Assembly (NCBI GenBank): GCA_004431415.1
Contig: QPMI01000432.1
Span: forward strand, 1-64,000
From: Cyanophora paradoxa CCMP329
Lineage: Eukaryota > Plantae > Glaucophyta
Direction of reading: 5' to 3'
Length of the DNA stretch: 64,000 nucleotides
In this document: positions 12,848 through 25,649 of the stretch, piece after piece
How the letters are laid out: the number at the start of each line of letters is the position of its first letter
Position numbering within the stretch: the first letter of the stretch is position 1
Position numbers and translations under genes: made by a program
Notes under the pieces: model-generated
Database searches by the model: none
What the model saw: the letters and a program-made list of their open reading frames with translations, nothing else
Told to the model about the DNA's origin: nothing

Positions 12848-14556
12848 CTACTTTGGTGATGCCGAGGCGGGCGGCGCGCTCGCGGCCGGCGGCGAGGCGC
12901 TTGCCCCAGCCATTCGCCTGCAGGAACTGCTGCACCACGGGCCACACCTGGGAGAGAGAGAGGCCTCAGCGAGAGCTTCCTCTTGAAATGCACGGGGCAG
13001 CACCTTGATGAAGACGGCGTCGCGCCGCTCGGAGGCCGAGAGCTCCTCCGCCTGGGCGAGCCGGGCGCCGGGGCAGGGGCCGCCCCGAGTCAGAGGGGCG
13101 GCCATCGCAAGCACAGCGCCAGTGCTGTATCTAACTCTAAGCCCATTACCTTAAGATAGAGGAAGGCCTCGGCGGCGGCGCGGCCCTGCTGGTCCCGCAG
13201 CGTGTTCAGCACGAAATCCGGGTCCGACCCGATCACCACCTGGGGCGGGGTGAGGGGCGTGGCGCGGCCGGGGAGGGGCGAGTCCTATTCTCGATCGGCG
13301 GGGCGGGACCTGCATGGCGTCGCCGGCCTCGTCGGTCGCGAGCACGAGCGCCGCGTCGTGCGTCGTCGCCGGCCCCTGCCACCCGGGGCGAGGAGAAGCG
13401 TGAGAGCGTGAGAGCGAGGCGGGCAGAGGGGGCCTGGGGAATGCGAAGTAGTCCCCTGGTCCCCTAGGCCGCGTCGAGGCTCGCGGTCCCGGATATCGGG
13501 CGGACGTCTCCCAAGGATCGGCGCCGGCGGCTCCCCAGATCCGGCCCCTAAAGCCCCGCTCCGCAGGTCTAGGACGCGCGGCGGGAGGCGGACCCACGCC
13601 GCCTTAGCTGGCGTCCGCTGCTCGGTGCCCGGGTCAGCGGCGGGGGGGAAGAAGAGGGGGGTACTGCGGGGTCGGGGGCGCGCCGTGATGCGGCCGGCGA
13701 CGATGAGCTCCGCCCCGCCGTACTTCTTCGCCGCCTCGCCGTCGAGCACCCGCGCCTGCTCGCCTCCCGCGCGATCGGCAGCAGCGGCGCCGCCGCCACG
13801 TTCTGCGCGCGCCGCGCCCCTGCGGTGAGCGCGGCGGCGCGGGGGTGCCGCAGTGCGGGCGCAGCGGCGCGCGCGCCATGGCGTCGATGCAGATCTTCTC
13901 GAAGTCGTCGATGCGGCACTCCGGGGTGGGCTGGACCTTCCTGGTCGCCTGGTAGAAGACGAAGGGCTGCGCCGGGTCCGGGTTGCGGATGGTCGAGAAG
14001 ACGTTGCGGGGGATCTCCTTCAGCTCCATCTGCTCCAGCAGCACGCGCTGCGGCGGGTTCGTGTAGCTCGTCACCAGTGCCTTCCCTGCGCCCGGCCCGG
14101 CCCGCAGGCCGCGCCTCAGCACGAATCTCGTCCCGGGTCCGGTCCCCGGTCCGGCGGCGGCGCGCGCGCGTCGCGAGGGCATTTTAGCTGACCTGCAGAC
14201 CAAGAATGACCTGCTCGTGTAGGCCGAAACGTCCTGGCGCAGAATCTCGGCTGCATCGGGTCAGCACATGCGCGCGCATGCGCACGCCAGCGCGGCGCCC
14301 TCGCGGCGTCCGGCGCGCGCCGCTCACCGGGTTCCAGCTTCTCGAGGCTAACATCCGAATAGCCGAGCTTCAACAAGGTCTGCGCGCGGCCGCCGGGCCT
14401 TGGTCGCGCGAGGGACATCACCGAAAGCGGCCGGACCGCTCGATTGCCGTGCCAGTGTTCCTTTGCTCGCGGGTCCTTCAGCGCCTTCTTGAATTCCTCC
14501 TCGAACGCCTCGAACGGCGCGGCGCTAGCGCTAGCGGGCAGTGTGTTGACGTCCAT
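12848..14556 (-). CDS. Orphan multi-exon protein, tandem copy 1
   Basis: Exons MDVNTL..FEAFEEEFKKALKDP; TLLKLGYSDVSLEKLEP; GKALVTSYTNPPQRVLLEQMELKEIPRNVFSTIRNPDP..CRIDDFEKICIDAM; VWPVVQQFLQ..LGITK. Exons are conserved with copy 2 while introns diverge. Confidence 0.7.
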
Positions 14557-14645
14557 CCATGCGCGATGATTGAACGACCGCGGCTGGTCTAGATCTGCGT
14601 GTGCGCTTTCTTCTACTGAAAGAACACTGCGCGCTCCTTCGAGAG

Positions 14646-14998
14646 GATAGACCTGAAAGAAGCGGTTCGATCAGACGTACGCGTGCCGTACCCAGTGCAC
14701 CGAAAAGTCACGCTCCCCGCTACGGTCGCTGGCGGCCCTGTGCAGCTCTGAATCGAAGAACGAGCGCATCCGCTTCATTGGGCCTGGGCTGGGGCGGTTC
14801 GAGTCGACGCCCGCTGACTCGCGCGTTCCTTCATCGACGCGACGGAAAGGCGCGCTGCGTGCTGATTAACAGCGAGCCAAAGGTTTGCTTCGCGGAGCGC
14901 CAGCGCCGAAAGCGGCGAGAGTTCCGCGGCTCAGCGCCGCGCGGCCGGGCCGGGGCGCGCGAGCTAGATCGAGCCGCGGCGTGCGCAGGTTATCCAGT
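14646..14998 (+). pseudogene. Deleted remnant of zeta-tubulin (upstream region plus DGKARCVLINSEPKV exon)
   Basis: 14646-14810 matches 10503-10660. 14812-14998 matches about 10919-11095. The start exon and the remaining ~1.7 kb of the gene are absent. Confidence 0.8.
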
Positions 14999-15054
14999 CG
15001 AGCGCAGTCTCCCGGTCCGTGTCCTTTCAAAGGAAGAACGGAGCGAGCTGCCCA

Positions 15055-15529
15055 CTACTTGGTGATGCCGAGGCGGGCGGCGCGCTCGCGGCGGCGGCGA
15101 GGCGCTCGGTCTGGCCGTCGCCTGCAGGATCTGCTGCACCACGGCCACACCTGGGAGAGAGAGAGGCCTCAGCGAGAGCTTCCTCTTGAAATGCACGGGG
15201 CAGCACCTTGATGAAGACGGCGTCGCGCCGCTCGGAGGCCGAGAGCTCCTCCGCCTGGGCGCGGGGGGCGGGCCCGCCCCGAGTCAGAGTGGCGGCCCTC
15301 GCAAGCGCCGCGCCAGCTAGCGCTGGATCCAACTCTGAGCTCCATTTACTAGGGCCAGCTGGTCCCATGGCACCTTGAGGTAGAGGAAGGCCTCGACGGA
15401 GGCGAGGCGCTTCTGGTCCGCAGCGTGTTCAGCACGAAGTCCGGGTCCGACCGATCACCACTGGCGCGGAGCGGGAGCGAGGGCGTAAGGCGCGGGCCGC
15501 GGCGGGGAGGGAGGCTCGGATCGGATGGG

Positions 15530-15588
<59 letters not shown>

Positions 15589-16796
15589 CTGCATGGCGTC
15601 GCCGCCTCGTCGGTCGCGAGCAGAGCGCCGCGTCGTGCGCCGTCGCCCGCCCCTGCCGCACGGCGCGAGAGTTTGAGCGGGGGCCCGAACCAGGCGGGCA
15701 GGGAGGGGCCGGCAGTGCGGTGCTCGACAGATCCCGAAGCCCCGGCTCCCAGACCTAGGCGGCGGGGGCGAGGAGGCGGACCTGGGGCACGGAGGAGGAG
15801 GAGCCCTGCCCCGCCGCCGCCTTCGCTCCGCCAGCGCCACCGTCCGGCGCCATCAGCTGCTCGGCGCCCCGGGTCAGCGGGGGAAGAAGAGGGGGTACTG
15901 CGGGGTCGGGGCGCGCCGTGATGCGGCCGGCGACGATGAGCTCCGCCCGCCGTACTTCTCGCCGCCTCGCCGTCGAGCACCCGCGCCTGCTCGCCCTCCC
16001 GCGCGATCGGCAGCAGCGGCGCCGCCGCCACGTTCTGCGCGCCCCCGCGCCCGGGCCCGTGCGGTGAGCCGGCGGGGCCCGGGGCGGGGTGCGGCGCAGG
16101 GCGCGCGCGCCATGGTGTCGATGCAGATCTTCTCGAAGTCGTCAATGCGGCACTCCGGGGTGGCTGACCTTCCTGGTCGCCTGGTAGAAGACGAAGGCTG
16201 CGCCGGGTCCGGGTTGCGGATGGTCGAGAAGACGTTGCGGGGGATCTCCTTCAGCTCCATCTGCTCCAGCAGCACGCGCTGCGGCGGGTTCGTGTAGCTC
16301 GTCACCAGCGCCTTCCCCTGCGCCCCGGCCCCGCGGCCCGCGCCTCAGCACGAATCTCGTCCCGGGCCCGCCGGGCCGGTCCCGCGATCCGGCGGCGGCG
16401 CGCGCGCGTCGCGAGGGCATTTTTGAGCGGACCTGCAGACCGAGAATGACCTGCTTCGTGTAGGCTGAAACGTCCTGGCGCAGAATCTCGGCTGCATCGG
16501 GTCAGCACATGCGCGCGCAGCGCCAGCGCGGCGCCCAGCGCGCGCCGGCGCGGCCGCTCACCGGGTTCCAGCTTCTCGAGGCTAACATCCGAATAGCCGA
16601 GCTTCAACAATGTCTGCGCGCGGCCGCCGGGCGTCGGTCGCGCGAGGACCATCACCGAAAGCGAGCGGACCCGCTCGATTGCCGTGCCAGTGTTCCCTTT
16701 GCTCGCCGGGTCCTTCAGCGCCTTCTTGAATTCCTCCTCGAACGCCTCAAACGGCGCTGCGCCAGCGGGCAGCGTGGTGCGCTTGACGTTCTCCAT
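15055..16796 (-). CDS. Orphan multi-exon protein, tandem copy 2
   Basis: MENVKRTTLPAGAAPFEAFEEEFKKALKDP..., same exon series as 12848-14556, ending LGITK-TAG (15055-15057). The central segment has diverged. Confidence 0.65.
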
Positions 16797-16888
16797 GGAT
16801 GCGCGCTGGTCCGAAAGACCGCGGCTGGTCTAGATATGCGTGCGCGCTCCCTTCTAGTCGGTCGCAAGCTGCTTCTGTCGACCGGAAG

Positions 16889-17318
16889 TTACCGGCAGTA
16901 GTGCGCCAGGTCGGGCTGCACTACTTTGGCCGGCGCGACGATGAGGGTAACGGGCCCTCCCTCGACCACCACGGCGAACTCCTGCGCATGCCCGAGTCCA
17001 GATCAGTCGATCGGCGTTGCTTGCACGCGGCAGTACGACTCGCACGTCATGATAGAGTCGCACAGTAGCTCCCCGCCAGCACTGCCAGAAGCGCAGCTGA
17101 TCTATCTGCTGTATCTCCGGACGAAGAAGCTTCCTGTCTACCAGCTTCCTGAATATGGGCTCCGCCGACGGTATGAGCGGTGCTGGGACCATGTTGCCCA
17201 TCGTCGGCAAGCACTCCGCTGGATTGCCAACTTCGCTATGCAAGTACACACAGAACGACCACATAGTTGGAGCCTGCACGCCCCCGCCTGCCGCGCTGCC
17301 AGGCTGCTCTCCCGCCAT
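16889..17318 (-). CDS. Small two-exon hypothetical protein, head-to-head with UTP10
   Basis: MAGEQPG..WSFCVYLHSEVG..LRFWQCWRGATVRLYHD, then a typical GTGCG...CTGAT...GCGCAG intron, then EFAVVVEGGPVTLIVAPAKVVQPDLAHYCR-TAA. Confidence 0.45.
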
Positions 17319-17532
17319 CGCGGGGCACGACTTGGGCACGACGCTGCTCTACCCGCCGTGCCCAGGCCTTTGGGCACGACGCGCCCTAGCCCCGACGTGC
17401 CCAAAGCGGATTTGGGCACGGGGCCCCGGCAATCATGTAATAGGCCCGTCCAACTCGATTCTGCTACGTGGTGCAAAAGGGTACGTAGTGGAGTGGCAAC
17501 ACCCCAGAGGACGAAGTTTAAGGGGGGTACAA

Positions 17533-20500
17533 ATGGCGTCCGACCTAGCGCGACAGCTCGCCGGCCTGAGCGCCAAGGCGGCGGTCGGGCCGGCGCCGAT
17601 CCCTGGCCTCCGCGGCAAGGCGTCGATCCTCTTCACGCCCCAGGAGGCTGCAGAACTCGATCTCGAGAGCATCCACTCGCTCGGCCTCGGCGGCCTCGGG
17701 GAGCTTGAGAAGCTAGATGCGCGCTTCCAGGAGTATGAGCGCTCGCTGTTCAGCGCTAAGGCGAAGGAGACGAACCGCGAGCTGCAGACCAAGGAAGAGA
17801 ACAAGAAGCTGGACGACGCGATCGCTGGCGTTCTGCGCCTCCTGAGCAACTACTTCCTGCAGAAGCCGGCGCACCGCGTCTTCGAGTACCTCGTTCGCCG
17901 CTTCAAGTGCGCATGCAGCGCTACCCCATCGCGATCACATTGCGCGGGGCTTAGCTGAGGCCGCCCCCGGCGCGCAGGGTCAACGAGTACAACGTGAACG
18001 ATGTCATGCGCTGCATCCTGCCGTACCACGAGACGAACATCTTCGTCCGCGTCGTGCAGATCCTGCGCCTGCCGTGCGGCCCCGCCCCGCCTGGCGCCGC
18101 ACGAGCGCGCCGCGTTAGCTGAGCGCGTGCGGCGCAGGGGCGATGTTCGCGTTCCTGGAGGGCATGCAGCAGAAGCGGGACGGGCCCGGTGACGCCGATC
18201 AGCCGCGTGGTGCTAGTCAATGAGTGCAATCCGCAACCAGGGCTTGCTCTCCTTCGTCTGCGAGTCGGTGCGCGGCGCCGCCGCCGTTCGCGCGCGCGCG
18301 ACGCGTGCGAGCGGGGCGCTGAGGACGCGCAGACGCAGGCGGCGGTGGGCGCGGGCACGGCGGGGGCGACCTCGTTCTCGTTCGCCGTGGCTCTGGTGGT
18401 CGAGGTGCTGCACCGCGTGGGGCGGCCGCAGCCGGACCTCGTCTCCCGCGTCCTTCCCCTCGTCATCGACGGCCTCCGCGCCTCGGGCAACGCCGACTTC
18501 CAGGTCCGCCTCGCCCCCTCTGCGTTCCGCGCCACGCCTGACGCGCCGCGGCGCAGTGTGCGGCGTACATGATCCTGGGGGCGATCGCGACGAGGGCGCC
18601 GCTGGACGCAAAGGGCGTGGCGACCCTCGGGGAGCTCCTGGCGAAGCACGCCCCGCAGGACGCGGCCGACAGCCCTGCCGCCCTCACCTGCCTCGTCCTC
18701 CTCTGCGAGGTGCGCCTCGCTCCTGGCCCCGGTCTCTCGGCGGCCTCCCGACGCGGGGCGCAGACGCAGGGCCCGGGGGCGCTCTCGGTGAACGCGTTCC
18801 GCTTCGCGAGCAAGTTCGCGGGCCTGGCGCCGGCGCTGGCGGCCCTCTCGGAGCGGCACGCCATCGGGGCCTTCCTCGGCCCTTCCTGGCGCACCTCGTC
18901 GAGCACTGCTACGCCACGCCAACTACCGCGCGCTGCTCCGCGAGCTCGCCGAGGGCCTCCGGCCGCCGCCCTGCGGCCCACGCGGAGGCGGCGGGGCGGC
19001 CGTGCTCGCGCGGCACGCGGCCGGCGAGGGCGGGGCGGGGGCGGACGAGGAGGTCTCGGGGGAGCTCCTCCAACTGCTCGCCTCCCGCTTCCCCGAGGAG
19101 CTCGACCGCGCCATCGCCTCCGCCTGGGCGCGGCGCCGCCCCCGCCGCCGCCCGCCGGGCAAGAAGGAGGCGGCGGCGGCGCCCTCGGAGGGCCCCAGGC
19201 GGCGGCGGGCGGGAGCGGGTCTTCGAGCTGGTGCGGGCACGCTGGCCGGCACGCGGCACGAGCCGGTGGCGGCGGGGCCGGCACGACGCTCCTGCTCGCC
19301 CTCGAGCACCCGGAGGCCGGCGTGCGCCTGGCGGCCCTCGAGCGCGTCCCCGAGGACCCGGCCCCGGCGACGCCGAGGCGCTCGGCTCCGCCCTCCTCCG
19401 CCGCGCCGCCGACGAGGAGCGCGCGTCGCCGCCGCGCCCTCCGCCACCCGCCCTCGCCGCCTCTGCAAGCCCGACGACCTCCTCGCCGCGCTGGCGGGAC
19501 CCGCCGGCTCGAGCCCCGCGGCGGCCGACGCCCTCGCGGCGTGGCCAAGGCCACCCGGAGTCGCGCCCGAGGCGGCGCGCCTGCTGCTGCAGCGGCTCCG
19601 TGGACGCCGGCGGCCGCCAAGCTCAGCCGCGCCTGCGTCCAGCAGGCCCCGAGCTCGCCGAGCTCGGCGGGCCGGCCGCCCTCTTCGGAGGCCTGGAGGG
19701 CGCCCTCGAGGCCGCCGCCGAGGCCGCCGCCGCCGCCGTCGGCGAGGGAGGAGGAGGAGGAGGAGGGCGGGGAGGCGGGCGGCCGCCGGGCGACGTGCAA
19801 GGCGCGCGCCGAGGGCCTCTGCGTCAACGTCGAGCTGATCCGCCGCCTCGCCGCGGCCGCCGGGCCGACCCCGACGCCTGCATCCCGCCCCTCGCCGCCG
19901 CCGCCGCGCCGGGACGGGCCCCGCGGCCGCCCTCGCGACCTCGCCCTCGCCGCGGCGCGCCGAGGCCACGATGACCGTGCGAGCCCGCGCTCCGCCCCCC
20001 GAGCGCCCCCCGCCTAACATCGTACCCAGGGACCGCGTGGAGTTTCGCCCGGGCGCTCCTGGCCCCCCTCCAGCGCCTCTGGGAGACGGCCCCGCGCCGG
20101 CGCCGCCGGCGGCCTGCCTCAAGGCCGCCGCGCGGCCGCCGCGGGGCTCGCCCCGCCGAGGGCCTGCCGCCCCTGGAGACCTCGCGCCCTCTTCGGGTGC
20201 GGGGCGCTGCGGCCGGCGCAGGCGGCCGCCGCCGCCGCGCACGCCGAGCGCGAGGCGCTCCTCTTCGCCTCGCGCGGCCCTGGGCGCTCCGCCCTCCCGG
20301 CCCCCGCCGCGCCCCTCTCCGCCGCCGCCGCCGCCGGCGCGGCGCTGCCGTGCTCAAGGAGCTGGTGGCGGGGCTGTGCGGGGCGGCCTCGTTCGAGGGC
20401 GAGGCGCGCTCGTGCGTGGACGCCGTGGCCCGCACCCTGCCCCCGGGCGCCTTCCTCGACCTCCTCGCCCTCCTCATCGCCTCCCACCGTGCGCCCCGCC

Positions 20501-23500
20501 TCCGCCCCCCCCTCCCGCCCGGCTCGGTTTGGCTCACGCCCCGCCCCGCAGCGGCCGAGGTGCCGGCGAACGTGCGCGTGCGCTGCCTGCAGCTCGCCCA
20601 GGAGGCCGCCGCCGCCGCCGCCCGCGCCGAGCCGGGCTCCCGCGCCGCGCTGGGGCCCGCCGCCGCCCGCCTCCTCCCGGCCGCCTGCGTCGCGCTGGCG
20701 GCCCCCGAGCGGCCCGTCCGCCGCGCCGCCGCCGCCTTCGCCGCGCTCCTGAAGGGCGCCCTCGCCGCCGCCGCCGCCGAGCAGCCGGCCGCCGCCCTCT
20801 CGGCCTCCTCACCCGCCTCGCCATCGACCCGGCGGCCGCCCCGGGGGCCGCCCCCGCCGCCCCGCGGGGGCCGCCGCCCCACCCCTCCACCTCTTCTTCG
20901 GCGGGGCGCGCGCCAAGGCGGCCGCCGCGGCGGGCAGCGCGCGCAAGGGCTCCAGCCGCAAGGCGGCCTCGGCGTCGGACAAGGGCGGCCGCGGCGCGGC
21001 GCAGGAGGAGTGCGCGGCGGAGGGCCCCAGCGACGCGGCGCTCGACGCGCTCCTCGCCGTCATCGCCGGCGCCCCCGACGCCCTCGCCGCCGACCCCGCC
21101 GCCCTGCCCCGCCTCCTCGCCGAGCGCCTCGCCGCCCGGCCCCGCCCCCGTCCGCCCGCAGGGGCAAGAAGTGCGTACCCCCGCCCGCCCGCCTGCTCCC
21201 GCTTGCTCGCCTGAGCTCGCCGCCCGCTCGCTCGCAGGGAGGCGCCGGCGTCGGACGTGGCGGGCGACGTGGTCGACTTCCTCGCGGCCTTCGCCCTCCG
21301 CTTCGACGGCCCGGCCGCTGGCACGCCCGCGCCGCCCTCCTCGCCGCCCTCGCCGCGCCCGCCCCGCCCCGCCCTCCGCGCCCTCGGGGCGCCCCTCCTG
21401 GAGGAGGTCGGCCCCCGCGCCGCCGCCGCCGCCTCGGCCGCCGCCGCCGGCGACGCCCGCCTCCTCTCCGCCGTCGCTGCGGTCGCCTTCCGCCGGAGGC
21501 GGCGGAGCGCTCGAGGGGGACGAGGGCGCCGCCCTCTTCGACGCCCTCCTCGGCCTCCTCGCGAGCCCCGCCGAGGCGGCCGTCCCGCAGGGCGGCACCA
21601 CCTCCCGGGCCGCGTCTCGGTCCGCCTGGACGCCCTCGCCGCCCTCGAGGGCGCCGGCGGCTGGTACGCCGCGCTGCCGGCCGCCCGCCAGGCCGCCGTC
21701 TTCGGCGCCCTCCTCACCCTCCTCGGGAGCGAAGCCGCCCCGAGTGCGCCGGCGCCGTCCACCGCGCCCTGCGGGCCCTCCCCGTACCCCCGAGGCCCTC
21801 GCCGCCCCGCTCCGCCTCGCCGCCGGCGGCGCCGGCGCTGCCGAGCGCACGCCGCCGCCCTCGGCCGCCAAGCGGGCCCGGCGCAAGGCGGAGGAGACTC
21901 CCGACAGCCCGCTTCCTCGGCTTCGGGCGCGGCCGCGGCGCCCTCGGGCGTGGCGCTGCGGGCGCGGCCCTGACGCTGGAGGTGCTCCAGTACAAGGCGG
22001 GCGAGGCCGTCGCGGCGGGCGGCGCGCCCGTCCCCTCCCGCCCCTCTTCGCCCTTCTGCGGCCCTCCTGCGGCCCCGCCCGGCGGCCGCAGAGGGCGGGA
22101 GGCGGAGGGCCCGGCGCCCGAGTACCTCAAGCAGCTGTGCATGGGGAGCCTGCGGGAGTGCGCGGCGGGCGGCTCGGCCCCCTCCGAGGCGCTGGACGTG
22201 GAGGCCGTCGTGCTCTGCGTGCAGGGCGCGGCGGACCCGCAGACGCGCAACGCGGCGCTGCTGCTCCTCGCCGGCCTCGCGGAGGCGGCGCCCGACCGCG
22301 TCCTGGCGCACGTCCTCCCCGTGGCGGCCGTCCTGGGGCCGGCCTCCCTCTCGCGGACGACGCGGCGACTTCGCGGCGGTGACGCAGACGATCGAGCGGG
22401 TCGTCCCGTGCTGGCGGCGCACGGCCCCGACGGGGCGCGGCCCTCCTCGAGGCCTTCGTCTCCGCCGTGCCCCGCACCGCCCCGCACCGCCGCCTCCGCT
22501 CCTCTCCACCCTCCTCCGCACCCTCGGGTCCGCCTCGGCCCTGCCCCCGGCCCTCCTCCTCCTCCTCGCCGCCGCCCCGGCCCCCGGCTTCGACGCGCCC
22601 GAGTTCGCGGCGGCGCTCCTCCTCCACGAGGCCCGCGCGCCGCCGCCGCCGCCTCTCCACACTCCTCCACCGCGCCGTCCTGCCCCTCCCCGACGGCTTC
22701 CCCGGAAGACCGCGCGGCGGCGGCGCCCGCCCCCGCGAAGGGCAGCGGCAAGGCCAGCGCCCGCAAGGAGAAGGAGGCCGCCGCCGCCTCCGCCCCGCCG
22801 AGGCGCCCCTTGTGCCGAGTACGTGGACCCGGCGACCCTGGGCCCGCCGCTGCCGCGCCCTCGCCCTCGAGTCCTTCAAGCTGGCCGCCCGCGTGCTGGG
22901 GAGCCGGCCCTCGTCGGGGCCCTGCTGGAGGCCCCCGCCGACGCCCGCGCCGCCGTCGAGGCGAGCTGCGGCCGCCTCTCGAGGCCGCCCTCCTCGCCCT
23001 CCGCCGCGCGCCGCCCTCCAGGCCGCCGCGGAGCCCGGCGCCGCGGCGGCGGCCCACGGGCGGCCCTGGCGCAGGCGGCCGCTCGGCGCTCGCGCGGGCC
23101 GTCGAGCTGCTCCCGCCGGCGCCCTTCGCCTCGCCATGGACGCGCTCCTCGCGCACAGCGACCCCGCCGTCCGCCGCCGCGCCCTCCAGGCACGCAGCGC
23201 AGCCTCTCCCCGCCTCTTCTTCTTCTTCCGCGGCTCACGGTCTCCCGCGCAGGTGCTGGCGGAGCGGGTGGGCCACACGCCGGAGGGCCCCGAGGGCGAC
23301 GCGGCGCTGGAGGCGCTGCTCCCCGCCGCCCTCCGCGTCCTCGAGGAGGACGGGCACCCTCCCACGCCGCCTCCTCCGAGGTGCCACCCTCACTCCCTCC
23401 CTCCCTCCCTCTCTTTCTCTCTGATCGCCGAGCTCGCTCTGTCGCGCAGCGGGCGGGCAACGCGGCAGGCGGCGCTCCTCGCCGTCGAGCAGCTGGCCCG

Positions 23501-25555
23501 GCGCTCGCGGGGCGCCGCCCGGAGCCTTTCGTTGCGGCGGTCCCGCGCGTCCTCGCGGCGCTGGAGGGGCCAGCGAGGCGCTCGCGGCCTCGGCGCTCCT
23601 GACCTCGCGGCGCTCGCCGTGGAGCTCGGGCCCCGCGTCGTGCCCCACGTGCCCGCGCCCTCCCGCCCCTCCTCAAGGCCCTCGCCCGCTCCCTCGAGGC
23701 CCCAGCCCAAGCCCAAGCCGCCGCGGCCGCGGCGGGCGGCGAGGCGGGCGGCCCGGCGGTGCTGCCGGTGGCGGCGCTGGCCGCGATGGAGGCGCTCGTG
23801 AGCACGGTGCCCAGTTCCTCGGCCCGCACCTCCCGGACGCCCTCGCCGCCTGCGTCCACCCCCGCCTCCTCGCCTCGGGCCAGCAGGCGCTGCTGGACCG
23901 CTCGGCGGCGCTCCTCTCCGCGCGCCGCCCGCGTCCCGCCCCGCCTCCTCCTCCCGGCCCTCGCCGCCGCCCTCCGCGCGCCGCGGAGGCGGGGCCCGAG
24001 GGCGTCATCCGCCTGCTGGAGGCGACGGGCGCCTGCTGCGCCTCGATGCAGCGGCTGGACGCCGCGGCGCTGCACCGGCCGCCTCGACCTCATCCTGCGC
24101 GCCCTCGAGCTGCGCCCGAGCCTCCCCGCCGAGCAGGCCCCCGCGGTGGAGGCCGCCGCCTCCTCCGCCGCTGCCTCCCTGGTCATGAAGCTCAGCGAGC
24201 GCGAGTTCCGGCCCCTCTTCCTCCGCGCCCTCGACTGGGCCTCCGCCTCCCCGCCGGCTCCAGCTCGGCTCCGGCGAGCGCGGACCCGAACCGCGCCATC
24301 GCCTTCTACGGCTGCTCGGCTCCCTGGCGGAGCGGCTCAGCCATCTTCGTCCCCTTCTTCGGGCACGTGTGGGAGGCGACGGCTGCCCACTTCACTGGGG
24401 AGGTGGAGCTCGTCGGGGACGCCAACGTGGCGCGGCGGCAGCGACCGTCGCCCCCGAGGCCGCCCTCTCAAGCGAGCCCCCCTCGGCCAAGCGCCGCCGG
24501 GCAAAGAAGGGGGAGGCCGCGGCCCAGCCTCCGCGGCCAAGCAGGCGGCCTCCTCCGCAGCTGTGGACCCGGAGCGGTTGGCGCGGGACGAGGTGATCGC
24601 CCTGGCGCTGCAGGCGCTGCTCCTCTGCTTCCGGCATGACGCTGCCGCCGCGACGGGCTTCACCACCCAGGTCTGTCGGCCATCTCCTCTCTTTCCCTCC
24701 TCCCTCCCGTCCCCACCTGCCATCCCCCCCCCCCCCTCCCCCCCCCCCCCCCCCCCCCCCCCCCCGCTCCCCCCCTTCCGCCCTCCCCTCCTCGCCCAAC
24801 CCCCTGCTTCAAGCCCTTCTCTCCCTAACCCCCGCCCCGCCCCCCTCCCCTACCCCCCCTCCCGCCTCCGCCCCCCCCTCCCGCCTCCGCCCCCCCTCCC
24901 GCCTCCGCCCCCCCCCCCCTCCCCCCGCTCCCCGCCCACCTGCTCGCCTAGGACGGGCCTAACGCTGTGTATCGCAGGCGCGCTTTGATCGGATGATGCC
25001 GCGTTGGTGGGCCTCCTCCAGCACACCGACGTCACCCCCGCCCCGTCCGCGGCGGCGGCGCCGCCTCCGGTCCGGCGCCAGCCGCCGGCGCAAGCTCCGA
25101 GGGCAAGAAGAAGAAGAAGGAGAAGGGGAAGGAGGGCAGGAGAAGGCGGGGCCGGCGACGGGCCCGTACGAGGCGCGGGTGGAGACGCTCCTGGCGCCCT
25201 GCCTGGCAGAGATGGCCATGGCAGCGGGCTCCGACGTGCGTCCACCACTGCCCCCGCAGCCACACTCGGCGGCCACTGACTCTCTTCACAGGCGCTGTGG
25301 AAGCCCCTGAACCATGCCCTGCTGATGGCGACGCGGAGCGAGGATCCCGTCATCCGGGCGGCGGCGCTGCGGTGCTTCGAGGTGGTGGCGGCACGGGTGG
25401 GCGAGGAGTACCTCGTGCTGCTGCCGGAGAGCATCCCGTTCCTGGCGGAGCTGATGGAGGACGCGGACGCGGGGGTGGAGGCGGAGGTGCGGCGCGCCAT
25501 CAAGCTCCTCGAGGAGATGTCGGGAGAGTCCCTCCAGCGCTACCTCTCAGGATAG
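17533..25555 (+). CDS. UTP10: U3 snoRNP-associated protein 10 / HEATR1 (BAP28), multi-exon
   Basis: N-terminus MASDLARQL..KASILFTPQEAAELDLESI..RELQTKEENKKLD..FEYLVRRFKVNEYN..ILPYHETNIFVR. BP28CT-like LVMKLSEREFRPLFLRALDWA. C-terminus LWKPLNH..GEEYLVLLPESIPFLAELMED..LEEMSGESLQRYLSG-stop. Internal frameshifts sit in G/C runs. Confidence 0.95.
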
Positions 25556-25623
25556 TCAGCTCCGCCCCCGACCCGACCTGGAGTGGGGCGGGCACCTCGG
25601 CAGCGAGTCGGCCCCCCTATATG

Positions 25624-25649
25624 CACTATGATAGCTAGCTATCATAGTG
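25624..25649. repeat. Perfect 26-bp palindrome CACTATGATAGCTAGCTATCATAGTG
   Basis: Self-reverse-complementary; about 70 nt after the UTP10 stop. Confidence 0.9.

Noticed and set aside
17951-25000. UTP10 as a frameshifted pseudogene; 400-1075 aa Arg/Pro/Ala-rich ORFs on both strands
   Set aside because: The shifts fall in G/C homopolymers of an essential gene with intact ends, which is typical of long-read consensus errors. The long ORFs are high-GC shadow frames.
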